64,000 bases of DNA from Candidatus Latescibacterota bacterium (GCA_965248755.1 OZ252149.1:4384001-4448000), one strand, 5' to 3'. Positions 43,390 to 54,062 are shown, numbered from the stretch's first letter. The notes: generated by a model not told the origin, from the sequence alone. Program-made: numbers and translations.

Positions 43390-44064
43390 TGTAGGTTAAT
43401 CGGTCTATATACTCCCCTTCCGTATTTTTTTGCAGCACAGTGAGAACCGACTATACTCAGGGGAGAATCCCAGTGCCTGGCCGGCCCTTACTGAAGCTAT
43501 TGGATTCTGGGCACATCTTGAGGAGTGAGATAGCGCGCATTCTTTCCGCTAAGGATCTTGATCTCGAGAAGGCCGTAATCGGAGAGCGAAGCGTTGCAGC
43601 CAAAGACGATAATGTATATTGGGGTCACCTGCTCAACTAAGAGCAGAGCACTCATAAATCACGGAGATGTTAAAGGCAGGAGCCTGTGAGAATACAATAT
43701 GATGTAATACCTACATAGCACGCAGATATGATGTTATAAAAGGAAGTATGACATAGGCCATAATATAACTTAATATGCAATAAATTAGATTACATAGCAA
43801 GACATTAAGTTTTACGGAAGGAAATATAGGGTATTACCTATTCGTAATACTACGAACGGGAGGGTTCTATCTAATATTGCCACTCAGAGCAGAGAAGAAT
43901 TGACATCAGCGATGTCGCTGGATTGGATGAGCGAGCTGCTGGAAGCAAAGACGATTTTAACGCGTTTGATTGCCTTTGCATGAAATAAAGCTGTCAAGCA
44001 ATTTTGCGCATGAGCGTCCTAAGAATTACTCTCAAAAATCGTACGAGACGTTAAGGAGCACCAG

Positions 44065-45042
44065 ATGATCCTAGCTGGTGATGTAGGCGGTACGAAGGCG
44101 AGGTTGGCGCTTTACCAACTGGAAGATGGAAAGCTTATGCGCCAGCAGATGGAAACGTTTGTAAGCCGTGACTTTGCCAGTTTAGAAGACATAATACGTA
44201 CTTTTCTCTGTAAGAATTCGTGCTCTGCTGCGAAAGCCTGTTTTGGCGTTCCCGGTCCTGTTATAAAAGGGTATGCGCAGGTAACGAACTTGCCCTGGCT
44301 TTTGGATGAAGCACGTATTGCCGCTGGTCTTTCTATCTCATCCTTTAAGTTAGTCAATGATCTTGTGGCAACTGCTATGGCGATACCCCTCCTTGCTCAG
44401 GATGATCTGGTCACTTTGCACAAAAGTGAGCTAGTAGATGAGAAAGAAACCTGTGCTGTACTTGCTCCTGGTACCGGTCTTGGCGTGGCCTTTTTGCGTA
44501 ACGACGCTGGGCGCTGCCGCGCCTTAGCATCTGAAGGAGGGCACGTGGACTTTGCTCCCACAACAGAGGTAGAAATCGAACTCCTCAAATATCTGAAAGC
44601 AAAATTGGGTCGCGTCAGCTATGAACGTGTGCTTTCCGGCCCCGGGTTGGTTAATATCTACAACTTTCTTAAGGAAAGCGGTTTTGCTCCTGAACCTACG
44701 GAACTGGAAAAACGGTTTCAAAGGGAGGATCCTGCCGCTGTAATCTCCACTGCGGGGCAACGCGGTCAATATGAGCTTTGCGCGAAGGCACTGGACATCT
44801 TCGCTTCGATCCTGGGGTCCCAGGCCGGCAATATAGTACTGGCTACCCTGGCCACCGGCGGCGTCTACCTCGGCGGTGGAATCCCACCAAAAATATGTGA
44901 GAAGTTGCAGGACGGCACGACAGTGTCAGCTTACCTGAAGAAAGGACGGCTGTCAGAGGTAGTCAAAGCTACACCTTTGTATGTTATTCTCAATGACCAT
45001 GTGGCACTTCTCGGGGCGGCATACCTTGCGTCAACACTCTAA
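44065..45042 (+). CDS. glk: Glucokinase (Glk family)
   Basis: LAGDVGGT, VTNLPW, LVND, APGTGLG, SEGGH, GGVYLGGGI. Confidence 0.95.
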   Translation: MILAGDVGGTKARLALYQLEDGKLMRQQMETFVSRDFASLEDIIRTFLCKNSCSAAKACFGVPGPVIKGYAQVTNLPWLLDEARIAAGLSISSFKLVNDLVATAMAIPLLAQDDLVTLHKSELVDEKETCAVLAPGTGLGVAFLRNDAGRCRALASEGGHVDFAPTTEVEIELLKYLKAKLGRVSYERVLSGPGLVNIYNFLKESGFAPEPTELEKRFQREDPAAVISTAGQRGQYELCAKALDIFASILGSQAGNIVLATLATGGVYLGGGIPPKICEKLQDGTTVSAYLKKGRLSEVVKATPLYVILNDHVALLGAAYLASTL

Positions 45043-45112
45043 TCCAAGGAGTCAACACCTTTTGTCTACAAATTGTAGTTAGATGAAAATTTGAGCCTGA
45101 GAGAGTACAATT

Positions 45113-46024
45113 ATGCCTGGAACACGCAGAAGGTGGTGGATAGCGGCTTTCTTAAGTTTGGCATTACCGGGCCTCGGTCAGGTATATAATGGACAGCCGA
45201 AAAAAGGTTTGCTGCTTTTCATCTTTTTAGTCATTTGGTCTTTTGTGGCATTGATTATAGCGATAGGAATCCCTCTTGCTCGCTTTAATCTCATACCTCT
45301 GATTCTTATATTGGTATTTCTTCTGTATATTTTGATAGAAGCTATAATTACAGCTAGAAGGCTGGGAAGCAACTATCAACGTAAAACTTATAACAAGTGG
45401 TATATATACTTGATAGTATATGCGATCGCGAGCTTCGTATCGGAGCTTGCTCTGACACCTCTAACCAAAAGTTGTATTATTCAGGCCTTCCGTATTCCTT
45501 CCGGAGGTATGGAAGATACACTTCTGGTTGGAGATTTTATCTTTGCCAACAAGTTTATCTATGGTTCGAAGATCCCGTTTTGGGATATAAGACTTCCGGG
45601 CTTGAGGGAACCCAAGCCGGGCGATATAATAATATTTAAGTATCCTGAAGATCCCTCACGGGACTTTTTAAAGCGCTGTGTGGCTGTGGGGGGACAGACA
45701 GTCGAGATAAGAAATAAGAAGTTGTACGTGGATGGAAAAAGATTCCCCGATCCTCCTAAAGTTAAGTACGATAGCAGCAGGATGTCAAGGGGCAGGATAT
45801 TAAGTAAGAAGCGGGAACGTGTAGGAGATAACTACGGTCCGAGAAAATTGAAGGAGGGAGAACTTTTTATGTTGGGGGACAACAGGGATAACAGTCAGGA
45901 CAGCAGGTTTTGGGGACCGCTTCCGATGGAGAATGTCCTCGGGAAAGCCGTTATCATCTATTTTTCTTGGGATTCTGCGGCTAAACGGATAAGATGGAAC
46001 AGAATTGACCAAAGGATTCAATAA
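45113..46024 (+). CDS. lepB: Signal peptidase I with extended N-terminal membrane domain
   Basis: IPSGGMEDTL (Ser), FLKRCV (Lys), GDNRDNSQDSRFWG. Confidence 0.93.
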   Translation: MPGTRRRWWIAAFLSLALPGLGQVYNGQPKKGLLLFIFLVIWSFVALIIAIGIPLARFNLIPLILILVFLLYILIEAIITARRLGSNYQRKTYNKWYIYLIVYAIASFVSELALTPLTKSCIIQAFRIPSGGMEDTLLVGDFIFANKFIYGSKIPFWDIRLPGLREPKPGDIIIFKYPEDPSRDFLKRCVAVGGQTVEIRNKKLYVDGKRFPDPPKVKYDSSRMSRGRILSKKRERVGDNYGPRKLKEGELFMLGDNRDNSQDSRFWGPLPMENVLGKAVIIYFSWDSAAKRIRWNRIDQRIQ

Positions 46025-46058
46025 TGCATTACTACCACGCTCAAACTTGATCTAAAAA

Positions 46059-46733
46059 ATGTGCAAAATAATGAAAACACCTTTGTACGTGTTCCTGTGC
46101 CTGGTCTTTGTCGGCATCTGGCTTTTTGTCCCTCCATTGTGGGCGCAGCAGAAAGAGACCCAGTCGCAGTATCCATCTACCTCGCCAAAGTCCGGTGAGC
46201 GTTGCATCGTCTGCGGAGTCCTGCTGACAGAAAACGGCATAGTATTGATCGTTCGCGGCCGTCGGGTGCCATTAAAAAGAGCGATGGTCGATTCGTTCTT
46301 GAGTAATCAGGAAAAGTACTTTTCCCAAAAGCAGCCGAAAAGCGCCTTATTTCAGGAAGAACTTGATGTGCCGGTCGGTGTTGCACAAGGCGGAATCAGT
46401 TTGAGCTGGTTCCTCTTCGGCCTCTATGTGTTAGCCGCGCTGATTTTCGGCGGCATGAGCGGGTACACTGCGGTGTCAAAGGGTTTATCACCGATTCCTC
46501 ATTTTTTAATCGGTCTACTGTTCAACGTGTTCGGCTATCTGTACGTGTTGACCCGGAAAGCCACCGTCCAGAAAGGCGAGATACCGGCTGGCCTGGTCAA
46601 AGTGCCGATAACGCGTACGCCAGTTCCCTGCTCGGAGTGCGGCAGGACCAATCACCCGTCAGCCAGACGCTGCGCAGACTGCGGAGCCGATTTGGAACCG
46701 AAAATAGAGTCAGAAGTAGATCGGACGTCCTAA
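46059..46733 (+). CDS. Membrane protein with exported CxxC (YHS/TRASH-like) domain and C-terminal zinc ribbon
   Basis: Signal peptide, CIVCG...FLSNQEKY, two TM segments, CSECG...CADCG. Confidence 0.65.
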   Translation: MCKIMKTPLYVFLCLVFVGIWLFVPPLWAQQKETQSQYPSTSPKSGERCIVCGVLLTENGIVLIVRGRRVPLKRAMVDSFLSNQEKYFSQKQPKSALFQEELDVPVGVAQGGISLSWFLFGLYVLAALIFGGMSGYTAVSKGLSPIPHFLIGLLFNVFGYLYVLTRKATVQKGEIPAGLVKVPITRTPVPCSECGRTNHPSARRCADCGADLEPKIESEVDRTS

Positions 46734-46743
46734 ATGAACTAGT

Positions 46744-46854
46744 GTCATTGCGAGGCGGCATGGGCGCTGCGTGCGTTGCTGCCACCCCGTTTTGCAGGGG
46801 GCACGAAGTGGGTGGGTGAAGCAATCCCCGATTGAATCTATCGGGGACAATCTC
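46744..46854. repeat. REP/BIME-like repeat, locus 3, with nested 23-bp hairpin
   Basis: GTCATTGCGAG...GAAGCAA[TCCCCGATTGAATCTATCGGGGA]CAATCTC. Confidence 0.8.
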
Positions 46855-46877
46855 AAATAAACTTGAGGTTATATATT

Positions 46878-49229
46878 ATGCCGGAAAAACGAGAGCAACT
46901 GTCTTTAGGAGATAAAATCAAAGATCAGATTGTCAAAATTCTTCACTCCGGAAGCAGCCAGAACGAGCGTCCCTATCTGAAGAAGCACAATGAGAGCAAC
47001 ATTCCCGGATTGTATATAATCGGAGACCTTGCCGGCGCGCCGGTGATTAAATATGCCATGAAGCAAGGGTACGAAATCATAGAGGACATCGCTTCGTTGG
47101 CCGGCGCTATCGGTGGAGATGACCCTGATCTTTTCGACGCAGTTATCATTGGTGCTGGTGCGGCCGGTTTGAATGCGGCGCTGCAAGCCAGAGAGCGCGG
47201 CATGCGTTACCTCCTCCTTGAAAAAGAGAAGCTCGCCAATACCATTGAAAATTTCCCCGAAGGCAAATGGGTGTACGCGGAACCCGATAGCCAGCCGTCC
47301 CAAGGTAAGCTCTGGCTCGATGGCGCCAGTAAGGAGGATTTGATCAAGCGTTGGCAACAGATCGTCAATGACAATCAACTCAACGTGCGAACAACGGAAG
47401 GGGTCACCAGCTGTGAGAAAAAAGACGGCATCTTTCATGTCCAAACGTCCAAAGGGGTATATCGCTCCAAACGGGTCGTATTGGCGACCGGACAGCGGGG
47501 GAACCCGCGCAAACTCAATGCGCCCGGTGAGGATCGGGAGCAAGTTTACCACCGTCTCTACTCACCGCGCAAGTACAAAAATGAGAACATCCTTGTAGTT
47601 GGAGGCGGAAACAGCGCTGTCGAAGCGGCGATCACACTTAGCGAAAGAAACAAGGTCTATCTTTCCTACCGCGGCGGTGAATTTGCTCGGATCTTCAAGG
47701 ACAACAGAGAAAAGCTCGATGAAAAAATCGCCACCAAAAAGATAGAGCCACTTTTAAACTCCAATGTGGTTGAATTCGGAGAAGATCAAGCCACGTTGAA
47801 GATGGATCGCGTCGGGTCCAAAGATACTCAAAAGGTCCCCTGCGACCACGCTTTTGTCTTAATTGGCGCCGAGGTGCCGCGTGATTTTCTCAAATCGATC
47901 GGCATCAAAATGGAAAACGAGTGGGAGGGGAGCATCCTGCGCTCCCTCGCTCTGGTACTCTTGGGCTTCATCGGGCTGTGGATTTTCGGAGTGCGGTTCG
48001 GTGGACATGCATCGCTTGCTGGCGTTGACCTGTCGTTTATTCCCGGGTGGATCGGCTTGCTGATCTGGGCGCTAGGACTTTATGGATTGATCCACTTTGG
48101 GAAAAAAGGTGACCGCTTCGCCTGGTTAGGGTTATCGTTCTTCGTCTGCTACACGGTCTACGGCGCCAAACTCGGTGCGGGTGAGGAGTTCTGGCCATAC
48201 AGAGATTGGGGCTATAGATTCCTTTCATTCTTTGATCGACCCTGGTCATTTTGGTACACAGTCCTCTACACGACCTTAATGACCGTCTTCGGCTTGCAGG
48301 CGCTCAAACGCTGGGGCCTCGACCGCAAGGACAAATTCCAAATCTGGCGCTATGTCAGTCTGATCAGCTTCCAGTTGATCTTCTTCTTTCTCATACCCGA
48401 GTTCCTCTTTCAATATGCGGTCAAATACCAGTGGGTCGGCGAAAATTTAGCTAACGATCCGGTCTTTGCCGAGCAGGCATGGCGCAGCTATGGCATCGTC
48501 TACGCCTGGCCGCTCTTTTTCTATACTTTTTTTTATAATCCGCATCAGATATGGGTGCTATGGGGCGTGTTTTTGACTTTTGTGATAATTCCGATTTTTG
48601 TCCTCTTTCATGGCAAACGCTATTGTTCGTGGATCTGCGGTTGCGGCGGACTGGCGGAGACATTTGGCGACCGCTGGCGACACCTTGCGCCCAAGGGTAA
48701 AACCTCAATCAAGTGGGAGCGGATGATTCTGGTAGTCTTGATCTTCGCCGCTGTCGTCACTGTGCTGGTTTTGGTCAAAGATATTTACGGAGTCATTGCC
48801 GGATCTGCGGATTTAGGGATACGTATCTACCGCCTCTGTGCAGATGTCTGGCTGGTCGGGATCTTGCCGGTGACGCTTTATCCGTTTATGGGTGGCAAAG
48901 TGTGGTGCCGCTACTGGTGCCCGTTGGCCAAATTGATGCATTTGCAATCGAATCTTTTCACCAAGCTCAAATGGAGCAAATATAAAATCGTCGCCAACGA
49001 CAAGTGCATCAGTTGCTACGAGTGCTCGCGCAATTGTGAGGTGGGCATCGACGTGATGAGCTTTGCTCTGAAGCAAGAAGAGCTGAACACCTTGAACAGC
49101 TCCTGCATCGGCTGTGGGATCTGCGTCAGCGTCTGCCCGATGGATGTCTTAAGTTTTGGCAAAGAGCCTGAAAAAGCAAGTTCTGGACTAGTGAAGTTGT
49201 TGAATACCCAAGGCGAGGTTGTCACTTAA
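46878..49229 (+). CDS. FAD/NAD(P)-dependent oxidoreductase (TrxB/YpdA-like) fused to a NapH/MauN-type membrane 4Fe-4S domain
   Basis: IIGAGAAG, LATG, VVGGGNSAVE; multiple TMs; CSWICGCG, WCRYWCP; CISCYECSRNC and CIGCGICVSVCP. Confidence 0.88.
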   Translation: MPEKREQLSLGDKIKDQIVKILHSGSSQNERPYLKKHNESNIPGLYIIGDLAGAPVIKYAMKQGYEIIEDIASLAGAIGGDDPDLFDAVIIGAGAAGLNAALQARERGMRYLLLEKEKLANTIENFPEGKWVYAEPDSQPSQGKLWLDGASKEDLIKRWQQIVNDNQLNVRTTEGVTSCEKKDGIFHVQTSKGVYRSKRVVLATGQRGNPRKLNAPGEDREQVYHRLYSPRKYKNENILVVGGGNSAVEAAITLSERNKVYLSYRGGEFARIFKDNREKLDEKIATKKIEPLLNSNVVEFGEDQATLKMDRVGSKDTQKVPCDHAFVLIGAEVPRDFLKSIGIKMENEWEGSILRSLALVLLGFIGLWIFGVRFGGHASLAGVDLSFIPGWIGLLIWALGLYGLIHFGKKGDRFAWLGLSFFVCYTVYGAKLGAGEEFWPYRDWGYRFLSFFDRPWSFWYTVLYTTLMTVFGLQALKRWGLDRKDKFQIWRYVSLISFQLIFFFLIPEFLFQYAVKYQWVGENLANDPVFAEQAWRSYGIVYAWPLFFYTFFYNPHQIWVLWGVFLTFVIIPIFVLFHGKRYCSWICGCGGLAETFGDRWRHLAPKGKTSIKWERMILVVLIFAAVVTVLVLVKDIYGVIAGSADLGIRIYRLCADVWLVGILPVTLYPFMGGKVWCRYWCPLAKLMHLQSNLFTKLKWSKYKIVANDKCISCYECSRNCEVGIDVMSFALKQEELNTLNSSCIGCGICVSVCPMDVLSFGKEPEKASSGLVKLLNTQGEVVT

Positions 49230-49242
49230 AAAAGTAGACAGT

Positions 49243-49410
49243 GAGATTGGTTCTGCTTCGTGTCTCGTTCGGGGTCGCAACTCCTGACGGGGTTGGGGCT
49301 TGGAACCTCGCAATGACTTAAGGGTCAAATCCAAGCAACGTCATTGCGAGTCCCCGATTGAATCTATCGGGGAAGCCCACAGCGGAGCGAAGGGTCAGCG
49401 AAGTAATCTC
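49243..49410. repeat. REP/BIME-like repeat, locus 4, with nested hairpin
   Basis: GAGATTG...CTCGCAATGAC (49307) / GTCATTGCGAG (49340), hairpin 49351-49373, ...CGAAGTAATCTC. Confidence 0.85.
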
Positions 49411-49502
49411 ACCTCGAAAGGAGACGCGACGCAGAGTTCTGTCATTGAAACGGTTTTGCAGGACTTGTTTTTCCTATCTACTGAAGTTAAAGGGAATCTA
49501 CT

Positions 49503-50921
49503 ATGAACAAACAGGAATTCGGTTTAATAGGCCTGGGCGTTATGGGCCAAAATTTTGTGCTGAATGTTGAACGAAACGGTTTTAGCGTATCTGTTTACAA
49601 CCGAACTGCTTCAAGGACGACTGCCTTTGTTGAGGGCAAAGCAGCGGGTAAGGATATTAAACCGACTTACTTGCTGGAAGAATTTGTGGCGTCTTTGGAA
49701 AGACCGCGCCGCATCATGCTTCTGGTCAAAGCAGGAGCGCCTGTAGATGCTACTGTTGGACAACTTGTGCCTCTATTAGACGAAAATGACCTGATTATAG
49801 ACGGGGGCAACTCCTATTTTCTGGATACGGGGCGGCGTGCAAAAGAGCTAGAGGCTTACGGGATCAACTTTTTGGGTATGGGAGTTTCAGGCGGAGAAGA
49901 AGGCGCCCTGTGGGGACCGAGCCTGATGCCCGGCGGTTCTCCTGAGGCTTACAGGAAAGTTGAAGCGATTATGAAAGCTGTAGCCGCCCAGGCAGGGGAA
50001 GACGGGGAACCTTGTGTAACCTATATCGGACCGGGAGGTTCCGGGCATTACGTAAAGATGATTCACAACGGCATCGAGTACGGCGATATGCAGCTTATAG
50101 CTGAGGCATATGATCTCCTCAAAGGCGCTTTAGATCTTTCAGCGCTGGAATTCCATCAGCTTTTCTCTGAATGGAATGAGTCAGAACTCTCCTCTTTTCT
50201 TATCGAAATCACTGCCAAAGTTTTCGAAAAGATAGATGGAGAGACTGGAAAGCCGTTAGTTGACGTTATCCTGGACAAGGCAGGTCAAAAGGGAACGGGA
50301 AGATGGACCAGCCAAAACGCCCTGGAGTTGGGAGCCGCAATACCCACAATTACCGCCGCTGTGGACGGACGTATCCTATCGGCACAAAAAGATGAACGCG
50401 TTGCGGCGTCTAAGATCTTAAAGGGTCCGTCGGGAAAATATAGCGGCTCCTCACAGGAGTTGATAGGTTCGGTCAAAGATGCGCTCTATGCGGCTAAAAT
50501 CTGCTCTTATGCCCAGGGGATGAGCCTGCTTAGAACAGCTTCAGAAGAATACGAGTACAATCTGAACTTAGGCGCTATTGCGAAGATCTGGCGTGCAGGG
50601 TGTATTATCAGAGCAAGGCTCCTTGATGACATCACGAACGCCTACGATCGCAATGGGGGTTTGCCCAACCTGCTGGTTGACGAAGAATTCCGAAAGGCGA
50701 TCAACACCCGCCAGGGTGCCTTGCGTTTTTCGATTGGTAAAGCTGTAGAGTTAGGTGTCCCGGTTCCAGCTATGAGCGCTTCGCTGGCTTATTATGATGC
50801 CTACCGCAGCGAACGACTGCCCGCTAACTTGATCCAAGCTCAGAGGGATTTCTTCGGAGCCCACACCTTCCAGCGTATCGATAAGCCGGGCATTTATCAT
50901 GCCGATTGGGATATGGAATAA
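49503..50921 (+). CDS. gndA: NADP-dependent 6-phosphogluconate dehydrogenase
   Basis: GLIGLGVMG, VSGGEEGA, VKMIHNGIEY, QAQRDFFGAH. Confidence 0.98.
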   Translation: MNKQEFGLIGLGVMGQNFVLNVERNGFSVSVYNRTASRTTAFVEGKAAGKDIKPTYLLEEFVASLERPRRIMLLVKAGAPVDATVGQLVPLLDENDLIIDGGNSYFLDTGRRAKELEAYGINFLGMGVSGGEEGALWGPSLMPGGSPEAYRKVEAIMKAVAAQAGEDGEPCVTYIGPGGSGHYVKMIHNGIEYGDMQLIAEAYDLLKGALDLSALEFHQLFSEWNESELSSFLIEITAKVFEKIDGETGKPLVDVILDKAGQKGTGRWTSQNALELGAAIPTITAAVDGRILSAQKDERVAASKILKGPSGKYSGSSQELIGSVKDALYAAKICSYAQGMSLLRTASEEYEYNLNLGAIAKIWRAGCIIRARLLDDITNAYDRNGGLPNLLVDEEFRKAINTRQGALRFSIGKAVELGVPVPAMSASLAYYDAYRSERLPANLIQAQRDFFGAHTFQRIDKPGIYHADWDME

Positions 50922-50976
50922 TCCCACAGCGGATAGGGTTCGCTAAGTAAGGACTCAAACTGACGAGGAGCATAAA

Positions 50977-52509
50977 ATGGATCGATCCACACCCACCGTT
51001 ATCGTTATCTTCGGTGCATCGGGAGATTTAACCAAACGTAAATTGATACCAGCCCTTTTTCAATTAGCCCACGAGGGTCTGCTTCCAGAACATACTCAGA
51101 TTGTAGGCTTTGCCCGGAGGCCGAAATCGCACGATCAGTTTCGGGCTGAAATGGGAGAGGCCGTGAAGAATTTTTCCCGAGCTCGGTCCGCAAAAGGCTC
51201 AAAAGAGTGGTCTGACTTCGCCTCGCGCCTTTACTACCACACGGCAAGCTTCGAAGATGCCCGTGGATTCGTCGGTCTAAAAGATTTACTTGGCCAGCTC
51301 GATAGAGATAAGGGGATTCCTGCCGACACTGGCAATCGCCTCCTCTATCTTTCTACTTCTCCCGATGTCTTCCCTGATATCATCACCATGCTCGAGGCAG
51401 CCGAACTCATCGCAGATCCATATGATAAGAGCCGCTGGACCCGCGTGATTGTGGAAAAACCCTTCGGGCGAGATCTAGATTCGGCCCGTAGCTTGAACAG
51501 GGACATACTGTCGATATTAGACGAAGGCCAGGTTTACCGTATTGACCACTATTTAGGCAAAGAGACGGTCCAAAATATTATGGCCTTCCGCTTCGGCAAC
51601 AGCATCTTTGAGCCTCTGTGGAATCGCCGCTACGTTGATCATGTTCAAATCACAGTGGCAGAGACCATGGGTGTAGAAGGGCGCGGCGGCTATTACGATC
51701 GTTCAGGGGCGCTGCGCGACGTGGTGCAAAATCACATGCTGCAGCTTTTGGCCTTGGTAGCCATGGAACCGCCTGCTTCCTTTGCCCCCGATGCTGTGCG
51801 AGGTGAAAAGGTGAAGGTATTAAGCGCCCTGCGTCCCATTTTGCCAGACGAGGTGGGTAAATATGCCATCCGCGGTCAATATAGCACTGGAACTATTAAT
51901 GGACGGGCGATCCCTGATTATCGCACGGAGTCGAATGTGGATCCTAACTCCTCCACTGAAACCTACGTAGCCTTGAAGTTACATGTTGACAACTGGCGCT
52001 GGGCGGATGTCCCCTTTTACCTGCGCACTGGAAAAGCCCTGCCGGAGCGTGTCACTGAAATTACTATCCAGTTTAAACAGCCTCCGTTAGCCCTTTTTGG
52101 CCATGCCTACCACGACGGCCATAAAAAGGCTGATAAAATGCAGCCTAACACCCTGCGTCTTCGGGTCCAGCCAGATGAGGGCATCAGCTTAAATTTCGGT
52201 CTGAAAATCCCCGGTCCACAAATGATTTTGCAACCCACCGATATGGAATTTTGCTACAGCGAAGTCTTCGAGGCCGAACCGCCTGAAGCCTATGAGCGCC
52301 TTATTCTGGACGCTATTTCGGGCGACAGCACTCTTTTTATACGCCACGATGAGGTAGAGGCTGCATGGGAGCTAATTGACGGCGTTCTGGAAGGTTGGGC
52401 ACAGGACAACCCGCCTCCGATTTACCCTTATCGGGCCGGTAGCTGGGGTCCACACACGGCAGATGAGTTTATAGAAAAAGATAGCAGAAGGTGGGCGGGA
52501 TTACAGTAA
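50977..52509 (+). CDS. zwf: Glucose-6-phosphate 1-dehydrogenase
   Basis: IFGASGDL, EKPFG, RIDHYLGKE, YLRTGK. Confidence 0.98.
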   Translation: MDRSTPTVIVIFGASGDLTKRKLIPALFQLAHEGLLPEHTQIVGFARRPKSHDQFRAEMGEAVKNFSRARSAKGSKEWSDFASRLYYHTASFEDARGFVGLKDLLGQLDRDKGIPADTGNRLLYLSTSPDVFPDIITMLEAAELIADPYDKSRWTRVIVEKPFGRDLDSARSLNRDILSILDEGQVYRIDHYLGKETVQNIMAFRFGNSIFEPLWNRRYVDHVQITVAETMGVEGRGGYYDRSGALRDVVQNHMLQLLALVAMEPPASFAPDAVRGEKVKVLSALRPILPDEVGKYAIRGQYSTGTINGRAIPDYRTESNVDPNSSTETYVALKLHVDNWRWADVPFYLRTGKALPERVTEITIQFKQPPLALFGHAYHDGHKKADKMQPNTLRLRVQPDEGISLNFGLKIPGPQMILQPTDMEFCYSEVFEAEPPEAYERLILDAISGDSTLFIRHDEVEAAWELIDGVLEGWAQDNPPPIYPYRAGSWGPHTADEFIEKDSRRWAGLQ

Positions 52510-52654
52510 ATCAGAAAGAAGTAACTCAGCGACACACTTTAAGGGGAGTATCTTCCTTCTCCTCTGTTTCCTCATAAAGTAGTCTATCCACCAGTTACCG
52601 TTCCTTTTGATGACACCCATACTAGCACTCCTAAACCAGCGTTTGTTAGCTCTA

Positions 52655-53200
52655 CTAAAGAAGCTTTGCCTTGATATACTGCTTACACCCTTGAGTAAGT
52701 GGTATTACCACCTCTTTAATGCCTAGGGGGTAATCTTTCACTGTTTTGATGTCAACATCTTGCAATCCAAAATGGTCAGCTATTTCTCTCATAAGCTTCC
52801 TTGCGTCCTTGCTCTTAGGATGATACTTGCCGGGGCCATGTGCAAATTTATTCCTGAGGCGGCGGACAAGATAGACCTCGTTACCACCTGTAGCCGTGCG
52901 CTCTAATTTCACACTTTGTCCTACTAGTTTGAGAGATTCCAGTAAAGCGTTTAATCGGAGGATGAAGTTCTGATTGTGCCAGTGAGCAATATCGTTGTTA
53001 CGTCTTATCTGGTCTAGAGTTAGTCCATTCGGATAATACAATTCTACATCTTCTGTGTAGATAGGTGCTGTCCGGAAGAATTGCGAACCAGCATCGATTT
53101 CTCGCATATAAGGAAAACGTGCTCTTGTAGAGTCAAGATAGCCCACCCAGGTATCAAGCAAATCAAGTATGTTCTGAACATATTTAGCTGACCTTTTCAC
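52655..53200 (-). CDS. Hypothetical protein, possible HEPN-like
   Basis: RBS GAAAGGAG; own promoter TTGTCT-17-TATATT (53280-53252); RNKFAH is an Rx4H motif. Confidence 0.65.
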   Translation of the reverse strand: MKRSAKYVQNILDLLDTWVGYLDSTRARFPYMREIDAGSQFFRTAPIYTEDVELYYPNGLTLDQIRRNNDIAHWHNQNFILRLNALLESLKLVGQSVKLERTATGGNEVYLVRRLRNKFAHGPGKYHPKSKDARKLMREIADHFGLQDVDIKTVKDYPLGIKEVVIPLTQGCKQYIKAKLL

Positions 53201-53732
53201 ATGCTACTCCTTTCTCAAGTTCCACATCAAAAAAGAACTTCTAGCTCGCGTAATATACAAAAGTTCAGAGCAGTAGACAAGGATTTATGCCAATTACCCA
53301 CAAGTTCCTATGATTCCATTGTTAAATCGTACCATTCATAGTGAGAAAAATACAAAGCCTCGCGGTAAAAGTCAACGTTTCAAAACTGAGGAGAGGCCAG
53401 CTAACAACTTGTGAACGAATCCATCTTTTCATGCGATTATTTCTCAAAAGTGATTGACAAACAAAGAAAGCCAAAGATTAAATTTCTAAGATAGCATAAT
53501 GTCGGGATCCAGACCGTTGAGTATCTTTGTATTTTGTTTTCAACATGAGGGCAGAATGGCCTCCAAAATCAGAATAGGGTTCATAGAAAATGGGGGCATA
53601 CGCGCCGACGTTCTGGAGGACATGAGTATGATGCAACTCTCCAATTATTAGGATTTGCAGCAAAAATATCTCCGGGAAGATTCTCCAAAGCCCAGACAAC
53701 GGGGCGGGATTATTATCGGGAGGAATTGAGTT

Positions 53733-54062
53733 GTGAAAGAGACACAAAAGGCATCTTCACTTGTGGCTAATGTGGAGTCGATGATCGAATTTGCCAGCGA
53801 CGGTATTGTGAGCAAGACGATTGCGGAACAGTCCTGCTGCAAGGTGGTGGTGTCCTGCATGTCGTCCGGACAGTCGCTGTCCGAGCATACAGCGAGTTCC
53901 GCCGCCGCGATTCAGATCCTCCAGGGGAGGGGAAAGTTACAGTTGGGAGAAGAAAGCTGTTGTACCGAGCCGGGCGTCTGGATATACATGCCTCCAGATT
54001 GTCCGCACGCTGTCCAGGCAGAAAAAGACCTCGTGTTTCTGCTCACGTTGTTCCCATCATAG
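53733..54062 (+). CDS. Cupin domain protein
   Basis: GQSLSEH...ILQGRG...MPPDCPHAV. Confidence 0.85.
   Translation: MKETQKASSLVANVESMIEFASDGIVSKTIAEQSCCKVVVSCMSSGQSLSEHTASSAAAIQILQGRGKLQLGEESCCTEPGVWIYMPPDCPHAVQAEKDLVFLLTLFPS

Noticed and set aside
46905..47552. Long antisense ORFs (also 14522-15049, 32463-33032, 41353-41934, 57038-57601)
   Set aside because: Shadows of well-supported genes on the opposite strand with no recognisable motifs
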